Positions 12,680 to 25,769 of a stretch of DNA of 64,000 nt are shown in pieces (position 1 is the stretch's first letter; the number at the start of each line of letters is the position of its first letter). The stretch is from the human T2T-CHM13v2.0 reference genome, Homo sapiens. The stretch is taken from NCBI RefSeq assembly GCF_009914755.1, contig NC_060932.1; one strand, 5' to 3'. The notes beneath the pieces were generated by a model. That model worked only from the letters and a program-made list of their open reading frames with translations. It was not told the origin of the DNA and made no database searches. The position numbers were made by a program, and so were the translations under genes.

Positions 12680-14650
12680 ATGTGGAATATCCATCCCTAC
12701 CACCATGACCGTTTTTTTCTCATGAGGCCATTGTTCAAGGACAGGAATAGCTGAGGAAAAAGGCTGCTTATCATGATCTTCCTCTGCTGAGGCTGTTCTT
12801 TGGGCAGCAATTCACATAGAACAAAAATATGTTTACATTTTATGCCCAGTTGGAGAGGTCTGTCTACATACCTGTTCCCTAGATCTCCTTATCAACACTT
12901 TTCTAATCATTTTTCTTCTACATAACCTCAGCATACAATCAAACTGTTAGTCACCACTCATAAATCAGTGTAGATCTGTACTTCCGGCCATCTCTCCCTC
13001 CAGGTAGAACAAACCACCAAGTACATTGCCTGAAGTTATGCCTACGCAGAGGATTTCCTTTAACAACCCTTCTTCAGGGACACCTCTGCATGGGGCTGTA
13101 GTATTGCAGATGCTTTTGGATGGTGCCGGTATTTTATGCAGCACCCTTTGTAAAGCAAGCTGAGATTTTCTTTTTTCTTTTTAAATCAATAGGTCATAGA
13201 AAATGGTTGTGGGTTGAGAAAGAGGAGGTAATATAGCAAGAATATAAACCTTGGGAGTCTGATCCACTTGTTCATGGAAAATACTATGCCTTGAGAACTT
13301 TCTTGAGCCTGACCTAGAATAGTTCTACTTAATTATGGAGTGCTGCTGTGTACATCCAACTTTATGGCTTGGTGCATCAGACTGAATTAATGATGGATAA
13401 TTCAGGTTGCATGGTAATTTGGTGGCTGTGGTCAAGTGTTTTTTCTCCATGAGGGCCCTGAAATAAGCCAAAAGTTGCTTCTCAAGAGGAGAATAGTTAT
13501 ATACAGAAACAGTGATTCTTAAACATTTGTTCTATGATTTATATTGAGGGACCTTTTAAGGTCCCTCAGCATCTCTATCTTCCATAGATAATTTAGTCAC
13601 CATAGGATCTGATTGGTCCAATAAATAAAGTAGCAGAACAACTTTCATAACAGCCTGAACTTGTTAAGAGCCTTGACTTGCTCTGGACCCTTCTCAAAAC
13701 TGAAAGCCTTCTGATTTACCCAGTAAATAGTATCAGGCCTAAGTGAGTATCAGTATCAGGCCTAAATGGAATATCAGGCCCAAATGAGGTACATGTTGCC
13801 TCCCAAATCTAACGAGACCCACCAGGTGTTGTGCCTCTTTCTTGAGGTAGGAGAAATTGGGTGCAGCAACTTGCTTTTCTTGAACTCTGGCCACTGGACC
13901 CCTAAAAATTTCATCAAGATGGCATATGTGTGTCTAGCAAAATGTCTAAGAAAGTGTAATTGTCTCATCACAAAGTCCAATCAGCATGATGACATTAATT
14001 TAGATAGACCAAGGTGTTATCCTATGGAACGAAGAAATGATAAAGGTCTCTTTTGACTGAATTATTATTATGAGAGCTGAAGATGTTATATATGTAGGGC
14101 AGTGAATGTGTATTGCTAGCTCTGTCAGGTGAAAGCAAACTTCACTTACCAGATTAATAGCTATAGTGTGCCAGAGAATGTGTTGATGTGCTGCGACAAA
14201 TAGTCTACATCTGGAATGGCAGCTGCAATTTGAATCATGACCTTATAAATCTTACAATATTCTACTATAATTCTTTAAAATCTGTCTTCTGAATAAGCCA
14301 TACAGGGAAATTAAATGGGGATATGATAAGAATTACCTGTATTCTTTATGTCCTTGATGAGGCACCAATATCTGCATTTCCTCTATAAATTTTGCATTGC
14401 TTTTGCTTTACTTTTGTTTTTTGAGTAGAGGTAGTTCTCAGGATTTTCATTTAATCTTTCTTCCTACAATAGCCCTCATTCCCAAGGTCAAGGAACCAAT
14501 GTGAAAATTCTGCCAATTGCTGAATATGTTCATTCTAACTATATTCTGGAACTGAGTAAATAATAATTTATTCATATGTATTCTGGAACTGAGTAAATAA
14601 TCACTGGGTGTATTCAGGGACCACTGATCCTGCTGGGAGATGGATCTAAG
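12680..14650 (-). pseudogene. ERV-L pol relic (RT, RNase H, start of integrase) with many stops and frameshifts
   Basis: Minus-strand peptides: RIIVEYCKIYKVMIQIAAAIPDV (about 14205-14275; cf. RMTVDYRKLNQVVTPIAAAVPDV), KFLGVQW (about 13890-13910), IYWVNQKAFSFEKGPEQVKAL and DPMV...DRDA (about 13570-13730), SHKVGCTQQHSIIK (about 13330-13370), QIYTD (about 12965-12980), HGGRDG (about 12690-12710). Confidence 0.88.
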
Positions 14651-15054
14651 CCAAAGCTATATTAACTGCCTAATTTCTATAACTTTCTGGTTATTTCTTT
14701 TTCACCAAAGGTCAGTGACTGTACATTCTTCTGGAGAAGACTGGGTATAAATTTTTAGCAGTGTGGCAAGACCTTTCCTTCAGAGGGCCTGGTCTCTCCA
14801 TCATTCAGTGGAGGTCTTACTCTTTTTATTTGATCTATGAACTGATTCAAATAAAAGAATTGGTTGAGGAATCATAATGTATGGTGAGTCAAGTCAAACT
14901 TTTATTGCCCAGACTTAGAGTTTTTCTTTCTGCTTACACAAATCAAGTAAGACTTTAGTAGGTTGCCTATTTATTTTAATTCTAGGGAAACCATGATCAC
15001 TTACTCCAAACCAAAGATCTCTGTGCATTAAAACATTCAGATTACCACTTGTCT

Positions 15055-15530
15055 GTGGCATTTCTTCTGTTCCAGTAACAGAAACCCTAAACTCAGTGAT
15101 ATAAAATCATAACAATCTTGTTATGGTCTCAGGTTCTGTGGGTCAGAAATACAGAAAGTGTACATCAGGGATGGCTTGTATATCTTCTCCATGATGTCTG
15201 GGGCCTCACTTGGGATAACTCAGAAGCTCGTGGTTATTTAACAGCTGGGAGCAAGAATCACCTGAACGTTCTGTTACTCACATATCTGGGTGGTAGATGC
15301 TGGCTATTGGCTGAGACTTCACCTACACTTGGCCTCTCCATGTGACCTGGGTTTACTCGCAGTATGGTGATATCAGGGAAATTAGAATACTCATCTGATG
15401 GTTTAGGCCTTTGAGGACAGATGTCCCAATAAAACAGGACAGATACTCTGTCATCTTTTATGGTTTAGCCTCAGAAGTTGCACACCATCCAAAGCCCACT
15501 GAGAGTCAAGGGGAAGAAACATAGCCAGAT
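15055..15530 (-). mobile_element. MLT1 (MaLR) LTR nested in the ERV-L
   Basis: CTCAGGTTCTGTGGGTCAGAAAT...CTCCATGATGTCTGGGGCCTCA...GGCCTCTCCATGTG...TAGCCTCAGAAGT are typical of antisense MLT1H-group LTRs. Confidence 0.75.
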
Positions 15531-15539
15531 ACGAAGGTG

Positions 15540-15845
15540 GTTGCAACTTGTTCCCTGCCAGTCAGGGATCCTATCATTACTACTGAATCCAAGGAGCTAT
15601 CTGTTTTTAGGGAAAAAATATTAATGACAGCATTTTTTTTTAAATGGCCAGTCATGATCTGCAGAAAATAGCTGCTTGAGAGCTCTTCAGGGATACTGGT
15701 GCTCCCCTCATCAGTGCATTTCTCAAACCCTCAAAGAAGAGAATGTCCAGTAGAACTTCCCAGGAGACAGGATGTATGTGAGCGGGTCTTACCTGATAAA
15801 TTCATTTCAGCAATCTGAGCTCCCTAAATCTCTGGATGTTTTCCT
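15540..15845 (-). pseudogene. ERV-L gag relic
   Basis: Minus-strand LRNALMRGAPVSLKSS at about 15680-15727 resembles ERV-L Gag (LRNRFVRAAPASLKS). Confidence 0.7.
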
Positions 15846-15849
15846 CTAG

Positions 15850-16050
15850 CAGGAGTCAATAAACCATAGCCCACATGTTGACTGCCTGATTTTGCAAATA
15901 AAGTTTTATGGGAAGATAATTCCATGCCAATCTATTTACTTATTGTGTAGGGCTGAGTTTAGGCCAAAATAGTAGAATTAAATAATTGTAACAGATACTG
16001 CACAGCTCAGAAGCCTAAGATAATTAATATCCATCCCATTACAAAAATGT
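15850..16050. mobile_element. MER58-like hAT-Charlie DNA transposon nested in the ERV-L
   Basis: CTGCCTGATTTTGCAAATAAAGTTTTATGGGAA...AATTGTAACAGA...AAGCCTAAGATA matches the MER58A pattern. Confidence 0.65.
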
Positions 16051-17164
16051 ACTATGCACACTTTTGCAAATTTTGCAAAAGAAGTTCTGGTACCTTAAAT
16101 TCATTTTCAATATAAGCCATTTTCAAGTCTAAGATTTAGTTAAGTAACTAAGCAACTAGTTAGAGTGATTCCCATCGCCTCAAATCAGTACACCGATTGC
16201 ATGACCTCTGCTTAGTGCGTCCATATTAGTAAATAACGCCCTTCCAACTTTAGACTTCTCTAACCTGAACCAATATTTGTAGAATACAATGCCACCCATA
16301 TTCACCAGGTTTCTGTCAATTAGAATTTAGCAACACATTGATTGCAGTTATTTTGGTATGTCATCATGAGGTAATACTTGGTAGCTGAACCCCTAGAGTC
16401 ATCTGGCATTTGCATCTGTTCATAGATCTAGAAGCAATGAGAGGTGATGGGAGTAGATCTTGAGGAAGGTTGTTGGTGTTCTGAAAATAAGAGACTTTTT
16501 ACTTCAGATAATAGAAGACTAATCTCAGAGAGGGGTAGAACTGTTTCTTTAATTGTCAAAACAAATTCTGTAGAATTTAGGGTTTAAAGTTCTCAGCTTT
16601 ATCAGAATTTGCTTATATGTCCCCCTTTCAAAATTCAGGGTCTTATTCTTTTTCCAGGCAATCCCTTAAGAGACCCTTGAGAAGTTGTTAATTTGATTTG
16701 TATTGCATGTTAGCCATCCACAGTATTAGATTTCGCATTTTGTTTTTAGAAATCTCAATTCTGTAGCTACAGAAAATAAAAGTCACCTTTAGGACTATTA
16801 TAAAAGCCTTTTAGCCTTTTGGTTCCTTATCAAGAGCTTGAGCTGGGAATGTAAAGCCCTAATCTCATGTTTTTCCCTCCAAGTTCTCCCTCACATTTAG
16901 AAACAATCAGGTAATCCATGATAATTTTACTTACTCCCACTAAATTGTTCTATGGTAACAACCACTTGGACATTCAAAGTCTTTCCAAGTGGCTCTAGAT
17001 GATACTTTAGTGATTTTCTACTGAAATTCATAGACTACCATTGCCCAATTTGCCACAGACAATGGGATCACAAATGTCTTCGAATCTAGCCAGAGCAAGA
17101 AAAAAGTTTTAGATCACTAATAATAAGATTTTGTTACTCTAGAATTACTTTAGATAACAATAAT

Positions 17165-17580
17165 TGTGTTAGGAAGTAGAGCCATCATACATATTATGGG
17201 AATAAAAGATTTATTATGGGAACTAGACTTTACCAACTGAAGGAAGAGCTGTGGAAGTGAAAGTACAACAGGGAAATTTGGAGGATCTGAGATAAAGCAT
17301 TAACCAGGCCACCTGAAGCACTATGGCAGGTGGACGTGCTAAAGCTTGCAGAGAATTCGTGAAGCACAGCATATCCAATGTCAAACTAGACTGTGAAGGG
17401 GAAGCCCATGGAGAGGTGTCTGAGAAGTCGTGGCTTCTATGCAGTTACTGCCTCTGTGAGTCTACAGTCAAGTAGACAGTGGTGGTCTTAGGGCCGCTGT
17501 GGGTCAGCTGGGCCAACAGTTGGAAAGATAAGCTAAGCAGGAAGTGGAGTGGAGTAAGGAAAAGGTGGGGAAGTGAAAGC
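17165..17580 (-). mobile_element. MLT2E/F-like LTR (5' LTR of the ERV-L)
   Basis: GATTTATTATGGGAACTAGAC...GGAGGATCTGAGA...CCTGAAGCACT...GCAGGTGGAC...AGCTTGCAG resembles antisense MLT2E/F. Confidence 0.7.
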
Positions 17581-18689
17581 CCAGAAGGAAATTTACACAT
17601 TCAGAGTCAAACAGACTCTCCCGGTTTCATCACTTACTACTGTTATCTGGAGAATGTTAATCAATTTTTGTGAATTTCCATTTTCCTAGTTGTATAATAA
17701 ATGCGGATAAAATATCTACCTTTAGGGGCTGCTTGCTTGCCTTTTAACATTTTTTGGAAATCCATTTATCCTTCTGTTCTTTTTTAAGCTAACATAAAAT
17801 GTTTTCATCATAAAGTAAACTAGTTTCAAAAGATGTGATTTCTGGGCTGTTTTAATTATTGACATATGGTAACAAAATGATAATATTATTTTTAATTTAT
17901 CTATGCAATATAAATACAATAGCAGCTTTGTGCCCACCATCAATTTAAAAAATATATGAATAAGCTCTTTTTCAATAATCAGAAATTTTACATTGTTCCA
18001 TTTTCTCTTTGAACTCATATTTCCATTCCATTTTTCCCACAGAGTTTTATCTTAACATATTTTTATGCTTGAAGGTCTTTTATTGATAGTAAAATTGCAA
18101 TGAAAAATGTTTATAAATTGAATTTTCTAAATATTAGTTGTGATCATAAGATCTAATATTTTTTATCTGAATTATGATATAATACAATCATTATTGGCAT
18201 ATTATTTATCAAATAAAATTAAATATATTGTAGAAATTGATAAGTAAACCTAAAAAGTAAAGTTTAATTAGAAATGGACATTTTAATATGTGTATATACA
18301 TATGCATGTCTATGAATATATAGAACTCCTTTCTCTGACAGTGAGAAACTTGGACTCCATCACCTTCAATATATTTACTTACCTAGTCAATCCCACTCAC
18401 AAGTTACCAACTGCCCATCACCACCACCTCCATCACCCCATGTCTACAACCGCCTCACCCCTTTTAGGCTCTGCCATTCCGCACAGGACCACTGTGTAGA
18501 TGCTTTCTTCATCCTGCTTAGGCTCCCACACTTGGCGCTGGGCTTGCATTCCTACTTCCTCTCTTTGTGTTATTACATTCGACCCTACCTACTGGCTTTT
18601 GGACTAAATTATTCAGAAAGGAAATGAGAAAGGGAGAGCGGGGAAAGAGAGCATGCATTTTCTATATATCTTGACCCTTCTCATTCTGA

Positions 18690-18704
18690 GATAGGTAGGT
18701 AGAT

Positions 18705-18752
<48 letters not shown>

Positions 18753-18766
18753 CAGATAGATAGATA
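18690..18766. repeat. (TAGA)n tetranucleotide STR
   Basis: About 12 uninterrupted TAGA units, flanked by TAGG and CAGA variants. Confidence 0.97.
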
Positions 18767-19586
18767 AAGCACAGAGCTTTTCCAAACGTTTCTCACCTAG
18801 ATCACATAATCCAAGATGTCTTTCAATACTTACTACTGATTTACTTACGTTTGTTGCTTTATCCTCAGGATCTTCCTCAGCATCAGTAATTTCTTTGGAA
18901 AGAATTGGGGAGAAAGAAGATATACATCTTTAAAAGGAAATTGTCACTACCTCGCTAACCCAACTCTACAAATATACCTGACTTCACAGTACCCAAGCAA
19001 AGACAGAATACATAATTTTTAAATCTCCCACTTTCTCTAGGACAGAAAAATGTATGAGAAAGGGAAAGACAAAAGCCCTATCAAAAGCTTATGGTGACTT
19101 GGTTAAAGAAGGTTGCAGGCACTGTGGTAAGAGTTTGGATGGGTGAAACATAATCGTTTGTTTTGTAATATGAGGTAAGTTTGGTTGTGAGATGGGGAAG
19201 TGGGAAAGGAAAACCAAACTGAAGCCCTGACCACAGACTTATTCTAGGCAGATCAATTTTAGCAAAAAATAGAGAAAATGAAAATGGATTTTCTTATATC
19301 TTTTACTGCCTATGAAGTTCTTGGAAAACTATCATGGATTCTTATAGGCACATGTACCCAGTTGACTAATTTTTGGTGTAGATGCTCAAAAACATTAAAA
19401 GTAGCAGTAAATTTTAGTAAATTGATGGCCCTTAAAAAATAAAATAATTCATGCAGATAATCCAATAATGTCCAAAAGTTAGAATGAGATGAAACATATT
19501 AAAATATCAATGAATAATCACTTATTATTGATTAAAATATGAATTCATGAATGAGAATAAGAAATGGGTATAAATTACACCTCACT

Positions 19587-19588
<2 letters not shown>

Positions 19589-19627
<39 letters not shown>

Positions 19628-19905
19628 AGATGTAGTCTCGCTCTGTCACCTAAGCTGGAGTGCAGTGGTGTGATCTTGGCTCACTGTAACCTCTGCCTCC
19701 CAGGTTCCAGGAATTCTCTGTCCCAGCTTCCCAAGCAGCTGGGATTACAGGTACCTGCCACTATGCTCGGCTAATTTTTGTATTTTTAGTAGAGATGGGG
19801 TTTCACCATCTTGGCCAGGCTGGTCTTGAACTCTTGACCTCGTGATCCACCCACCTCGGCCTCCCAAAGTGCTGGGATTACAGGCATGAGCCACCATGCC
19901 CGGCC
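19589..19905 (-). mobile_element. AluS, full length, with a 38-nt poly(T) tail
   Basis: Antisense Alu. TSD TTACAC(C/T)TCACTTCT on both sides. Confidence 0.96.
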
Positions 19906-21302
19906 TTACACTTCACTTCTATAAGATAGAACAACATGTAATAGAAAGCACAAAAGTAATTTTTAAAAATTTCTGTTTTAATTTTTTGCCATTGTAAATC
20001 CAACTTTTTATATTAATATATTTATCTCTGTCATATTCTCAACTATTTAGATTTAAGTTGTAAATTACTATTTAAATTACTGTTCAAATCTTAAAAGCAA
20101 GAAGTATTTTTAGGAGTGGGGATCCACTTATTCACCCATTCTGTTTCATCATTCAGCAAATAATTGAATGCCTACCAAGAATTAAGTACAGAGCAAGCAC
20201 AGAGAATGAAATAGGGAATTTATATATGGTCCCTGCATCCACAGAGATACAGTCAAGAATTCTTTGATTGAAAGAAAAACAAACAAGCAAAAAAATGAAA
20301 AAACAAACCAAAAAAATGAACTTAAACAAGAAAATGCAAAATACACATTAACTTGCCAAAATGTGACTCTTAGCTGCAGAAATTTGAGGGCCCTGTTTTT
20401 GAGGTGACTACACTGGCTCATCCAGCCACAAGCACCTTCCATACCTGTGTACTTTTCCCCTGATTCAATCAGAAGGTACATTCAATTGACATAGCTGTTT
20501 GGTGGTGTTTCCACCTCTGGGAATGGGTGTGTGACTGTAATTGGTAGCTCTGCAATAAACAAAAGGAAAGAAGATTTTTTAACGATGAGGATGTTGGGGT
20601 GTGGAAACTGGTTCTTCTACTGGCAGAAAAAGGGAAAGTGTATCAGGAGTAGGAACATCCACTCTAGCTTTCAATCATAAGCCAAAATCTCTCTCTGGTT
20701 CATCTTATTTAAAAAATCAGCTTAGTTTCTCTTAGTCTAAAATTTTAAACTCTGGGTCAATCCCTACAATGCTATTTCACTCTTCCACTTCCCTCCCTTT
20801 CTCTTCTTTTTTGTTTCTCTTTCTTTTACTGCTAGCCATATGGTTCAGCTTTCCTTAAGAGAACTCATGCCCATAATCAGAGTAATATAGAATGTATTTA
20901 AAGAGTCAGTGTTGTAATGTTTTTCTATAATTATAATATTAAAATAGAACTATAATAGTTTTCAGATTTGTAAAAAATATTTTTCAGATATATGTATGTA
21001 CATACATTTGCTACATGTGATGTACACATGAATGCTATTCTCATTGTGCAGCACATCGTATAGGGAAGCAGCTCAATCACCAGTCAGCACCTGCAATTTC
21101 AAGCCTCTACCCTGGTGGCCTATTAATGTTTAAGGTGAAGGAAATGTCCTGTGGTAACTGGGGCTGTTTAAAAGAGGAAGGATGGTGTCAGAGACTCAAT
21201 GCAACCCAATATATAAAAGGAATCCACTTTCCTTTTTAGTGCACCCTAAGGACATGCAGTGATTTTTATCTTGATGTCATTTTTTAAATATTTGGGGGTT
21301 TG

Positions 21303-21408
21303 TGGCGTGAACCCGGGAGGCGGAGCTTGCAGTGAGCCGAGATCGCGCCACTGCACTCCAGCCTGGGCGACAGAGCGAGACTCCGTCTCAAAAAAAAAAA
21401 AAAAAAAA
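21303..21408 (+). mobile_element. 5'-truncated AluY, very young
   Basis: 87 nt matching the AluY 3' consensus as I recall it, with 9 intact CpGs, a pure A-tail and a perfect 17-bp TSD AAATATTTGGGGGTTTG (21286-21302, 21406-21422). Confidence 0.97.
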
Positions 21409-23143
21409 TATTTGGGGGTTTGAGAGGTTTTTTGTTTGTTTTTTGGTGATTTTCTTTTCGCCCTGTTAATAACCACTTCAGTAGTCTAAATTTCAGACAT
21501 TAAACTGATATTGCATTCCTTGCTTTGAGGCTCATATTAAAGCCATTGTTTTCTCTGTCCATGGCATCTTAATATGTGTGGTGTGTCTCTCCTGACTGGC
21601 GGCCAAATTTCCCTCAGGCTCCGGTTCTAACTGCCGATGGCAAACCTGTCCTGCCTTGCAGTCCCAGGGGCATCTGCTCAGTCCTCAGTTTCAGCTGCTC
21701 TAGAAGCTGCCTGCCTGTCCGTTGGGGCCAGCCACTTCTCACACCGTGCATGGGTCTCAGTTGTCCCTGACTAACATGCCTCTCGTCACTGTCCTCAAAA
21801 GGTTATCCTTTTCATACGAACTTTGGCTCAGTATCCTCGTTTTTGTTTTTAGGCTTTTGACGATGTGGTGCTAAGATCTGCGAGTTTTTGTGTTTGCCTT
21901 TTGTCTGATTTAATTTCTTGTGACTGTGGCTGAAAAAAAGTTTTGAAATCAGACATGTTAGAAAACTCAGGAACATTTGGGATGCTCCGCCTTCAAAACA
22001 TAAAGCAATTTTTAATGCAATATGACTAATTGAAGTCTTCGAAATTATGCTCCCTCAACCTTCCACATGTAATTTGTGTGATTGTGCATAGTATATGGTC
22101 GACACTTTAAATCAGCCCATTCTGAATACACTCTCAAAATTTGGTGAAAACTTCACCTATTTGTTTTCACAAGATGTAGTTTAAAAGAGACAGAAACGTC
22201 ATAGAAATTAACATTTCATGACACATGAGACAAAAATTTTAGGCTCTTGCTGAACTCCAGGAGCTCTCTGCACATGAGGACTAGTACTGCGTTGCTGGAT
22301 ATTTTCTTAGTGAAGCTAATGCTCGCCTCAGGTCCCTGCTACTCAGCATTTCCAGAGGGGCCTTGAGAAGTGACAGGCCTAGAGAATGCATGCTAACTTG
22401 GCAGTAGTGACAAAGGGGTACTTGGAAGTTATTCCGCGTTCAGAGCAGAGCACAATCAAGAGAATGCTTGATTACTAGGGGGAAAAGAAGGTGAAAAGTG
22501 AGGTGTGCCAACAAAATTGCCTAGGCCTTCTGGATTTGGGGCACACTTTTTTGTTAATTATTTTTAAGAAAAATCATTCTCAAATGATATTTCACCCTTT
22601 TCCCTCATTTTTATGAAATTCTGCATTTTGGTCAATTTCAAAAAAAAAAGAGTTAAGAGGAGGTAACTGTTGTCTCTGGATCATTGGTTCTCACAGTGCC
22701 ATATTCATATATTCTTGTGGATACGAGAGTTGTTAGTTTAAAGAATTAATGAAAAGATGTCAATTTTCAATTTTCAAGGTGAATTAACAAAGCAAGTCCT
22801 AATCGATGTGACTGGCTTTTGGTTGTTAGACAAGCATGTCATATGTATGTATGTATGCCTTCATTTCATCCCTGTGCTCTTTTGTTTAAATAAATTATGT
22901 TAAGAGAAAACTGAAATGGCAGGAGCTTACCAATGCCTGGGGGTGTGTGAAACGGCCCTCATTCCCCATAACTGTGGGAAATCATTCCACCATGGGCCCA
23001 GACCAGAATACTAGCTTTAGTGACTTGCACTGTTTTAGGTAGCAGTGTGAAGACTAGTCATAGGTTTTATTGCTGTAACTCAGAACTTATTTAAATTATG
23101 AGACCCCGTGTTTATCACTTGAAAGTAGAATTAGAAATGACTT

Positions 23144-23482
<339 letters not shown>

Positions 23483-24629
23483 TCAATGAGTTTTTATTTC
23501 TTAAAAAAAACACATTAAAAAGTAATTAAAAATTTAAATATCTAATTCTAGGGTTAGGAGTCAATATTTATATCAAGGGTAGTTTAATTTAGCTCATATG
23601 AGTTAAAGAGGAGGAAACATTTGGGGAATTGGCATATTGAGAGTAAGAAAGTTTCAAAAGAAGCGTACCAAAACACTAATAGTGGCTTTTGGGGTTTAAG
23701 GTGATTAAAATATATTTTGTACTTGTCTGCATTTTCCAGAATTTCCACTGTTAGCACATATTACATTTATCAGTAGAGAAAATTGCCTTTAGAAGCATTG
23801 CTGAGCCCCGTCTGCAGCCCTAGGTGTCTGATTCTGCTTTTATCAATGTTGTGGTTCCTTTCTCTTTGCACCGCAGAGCGAATAAAAAGCTTGGAACTGT
23901 TACTACACCATGTTGCTATAAGAAAAGAAAATGCAGAAAAAATTTAGACTTATAGACAGCACTTAAGAATGAAGAACATAGAAAAACCACTTGCGTAAAG
24001 TCACTCACGCCAGGGAAGGATCTTGCTAAGTGCTTATTCATTCCACCCCTTCAGTGAAAACAACATTCTCCCAAAGCCTAAAATTTCACAGTTGGAAGTC
24101 TTACTTAAAAAGTGCCAATAGCTGTCATTTCTACATTTGAATAAGGTTAGTCATTGTTGCTTTTTTCCTAACACCTAAATCACTTTAGTTCACTGAAGCT
24201 CTAGTAGTGTGGGCGTGGGAGTGGGACCATGGAGGCATTTTGCAGCGTGGCATATTCCAAAGCAGGGAGGAGAAATCTGAACCGAGACTGTAGTGAAAGG
24301 CTCTGGGAGGCTGGGGGTAAGGCATGTGCTCTAGGTACCTAGAAATAAAGGGGAAGGCCTGGGAAATCCTAGGAGACTTATAGAATGAAGAAGCCACCTA
24401 TCAGAGGCAAACATCACTTGCTTAGAGTCAATCTGCCGGACGATACAGCCTTGAGGACAGGAGGGATAGAAAAATTAACAAGTCTACAAGGGATGAGCTC
24501 AGAAACACCAAGCAGATCCAGATAAACAAACACCCCCTCCAGGATCCTTTACAGTCTGTTGTCTGATACTTGAATTGTATGACTTTATTACTTACCAAAG
24601 TATAATACTTCCAGCAGGAGTAATGCTTT

Positions 24630-24820
24630 TAAAGACACAGCAGAGAATGAGGAGTGATTGTTCATGGAAACAGCATTTATTTCTGGAGTGATACAAATGT
24701 TCTAAAATCATATAGTGACAATATTTCCATAACTCTGTGAATATGCCACAACCCACTGAATTGTACACTTCAAAAAGGGTGTTTTTATTATAGTGGATGA
24801 AGTAAACTCCAATGAAATTT
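24630..24820 (+). mobile_element. L1M 3'UTR fragment
   Basis: AAATGTTCTAAAAT...AACTCTGTGAATAT...CCACTGAATTGTACACTT is a typical L1MB 3' end. Confidence 0.7.
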
Positions 24821-25769
24821 ATTAGATGACCTTCCTTTCCCCTCTTACCATACCTTAAAAAAGATATAAGCAATCATTTAAATCTTACAAAGAATACATG
24901 AACTTACAGTGGAGTTCAGGGAAGAAAGCAATGTGAGCAAATAGTTGGAAGACAGAATGCAGAATACTCAAAGGGGCAAAGTCAAAATAACTAGAAAGCA
25001 ATGAGCACTGATGCCTGACTCAGATCCTCAAAGTCAAAAAAGACCTAATGGCCGCCCTACGGGACATTGGAACACATTAGACTAGTCTCGGGTAGAAAGC
25101 TCCACTGTCTAGAGGGCCTTGGCAGGCAGTGTCAACATACAGAAAAGTTCTCGGATGAACTGGAGAGTGTGCTCCCACTAGATCAGGCAATGCTCTGCTG
25201 CAAATGTAACTATTTGCAAGCATGTAGGCTCATTTCTGTCACAGACTTTTCAAGAAAATAAGAATAGCCACCTACAGTTTTATGTAATATCAACTTATTA
25301 GTTTTGAATGTTGGCAACCAATTGAGAAATGCAATAATTTTTTGAAAATCCCAGGTCAAAAGACACTTGGTTGGTAATTCATAAAACATCACATGGGTGA
25401 CCCACAACCCCAGGACTAAGCACCAGGACAGGCTGTGGAGTTTAAAGGATGATTTGACAAGCAGAGGAGGCTTTCCAGAATTCTTATGGGAACATTCCAT
25501 TCTCAAAACACTGTTTACCAAATAAGCCTTCTCTCCACCCTGATTTGTTAGGCAACTGTGCCACATATCAAAACTCCATATATGTAAGTATCTTTTCTGG
25601 GCATTCTTTTCTATTTCATTGGTTAATCTGTATGCCTCTGAGCCATTATTAAGTATAGCTGGCAGGTGGGTAAAATCTTTTCCTTCAAATGTGTCCTAGC
25701 AATCGTAATGCTCATTCTTTCCAATAATGTGTGTGTGTGTGTGTGTGTACGTGTGTGTGCATGTGTAAT

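Larger units (their letters stand above)
12680..17580 (-). mobile_element. Decayed ERV-L provirus: 5' MLT2-type LTR, gag and pol relics, truncated in the integrase N-terminus
   Basis: Minus-strand translations match ERV-L Gag and Pol as I recall them (see the pol and gag features). LTR at the right end, with a degenerate leader resembling TGGTACCAGGAGTGGTTCTAGAG at about 17135-17160. Confidence 0.85.

Noticed and set aside
12680-14650. ERV-L pol as a domesticated or functional gene
   Set aside because: Numerous stops and frameshifts, and a destroyed catalytic YIDD motif.
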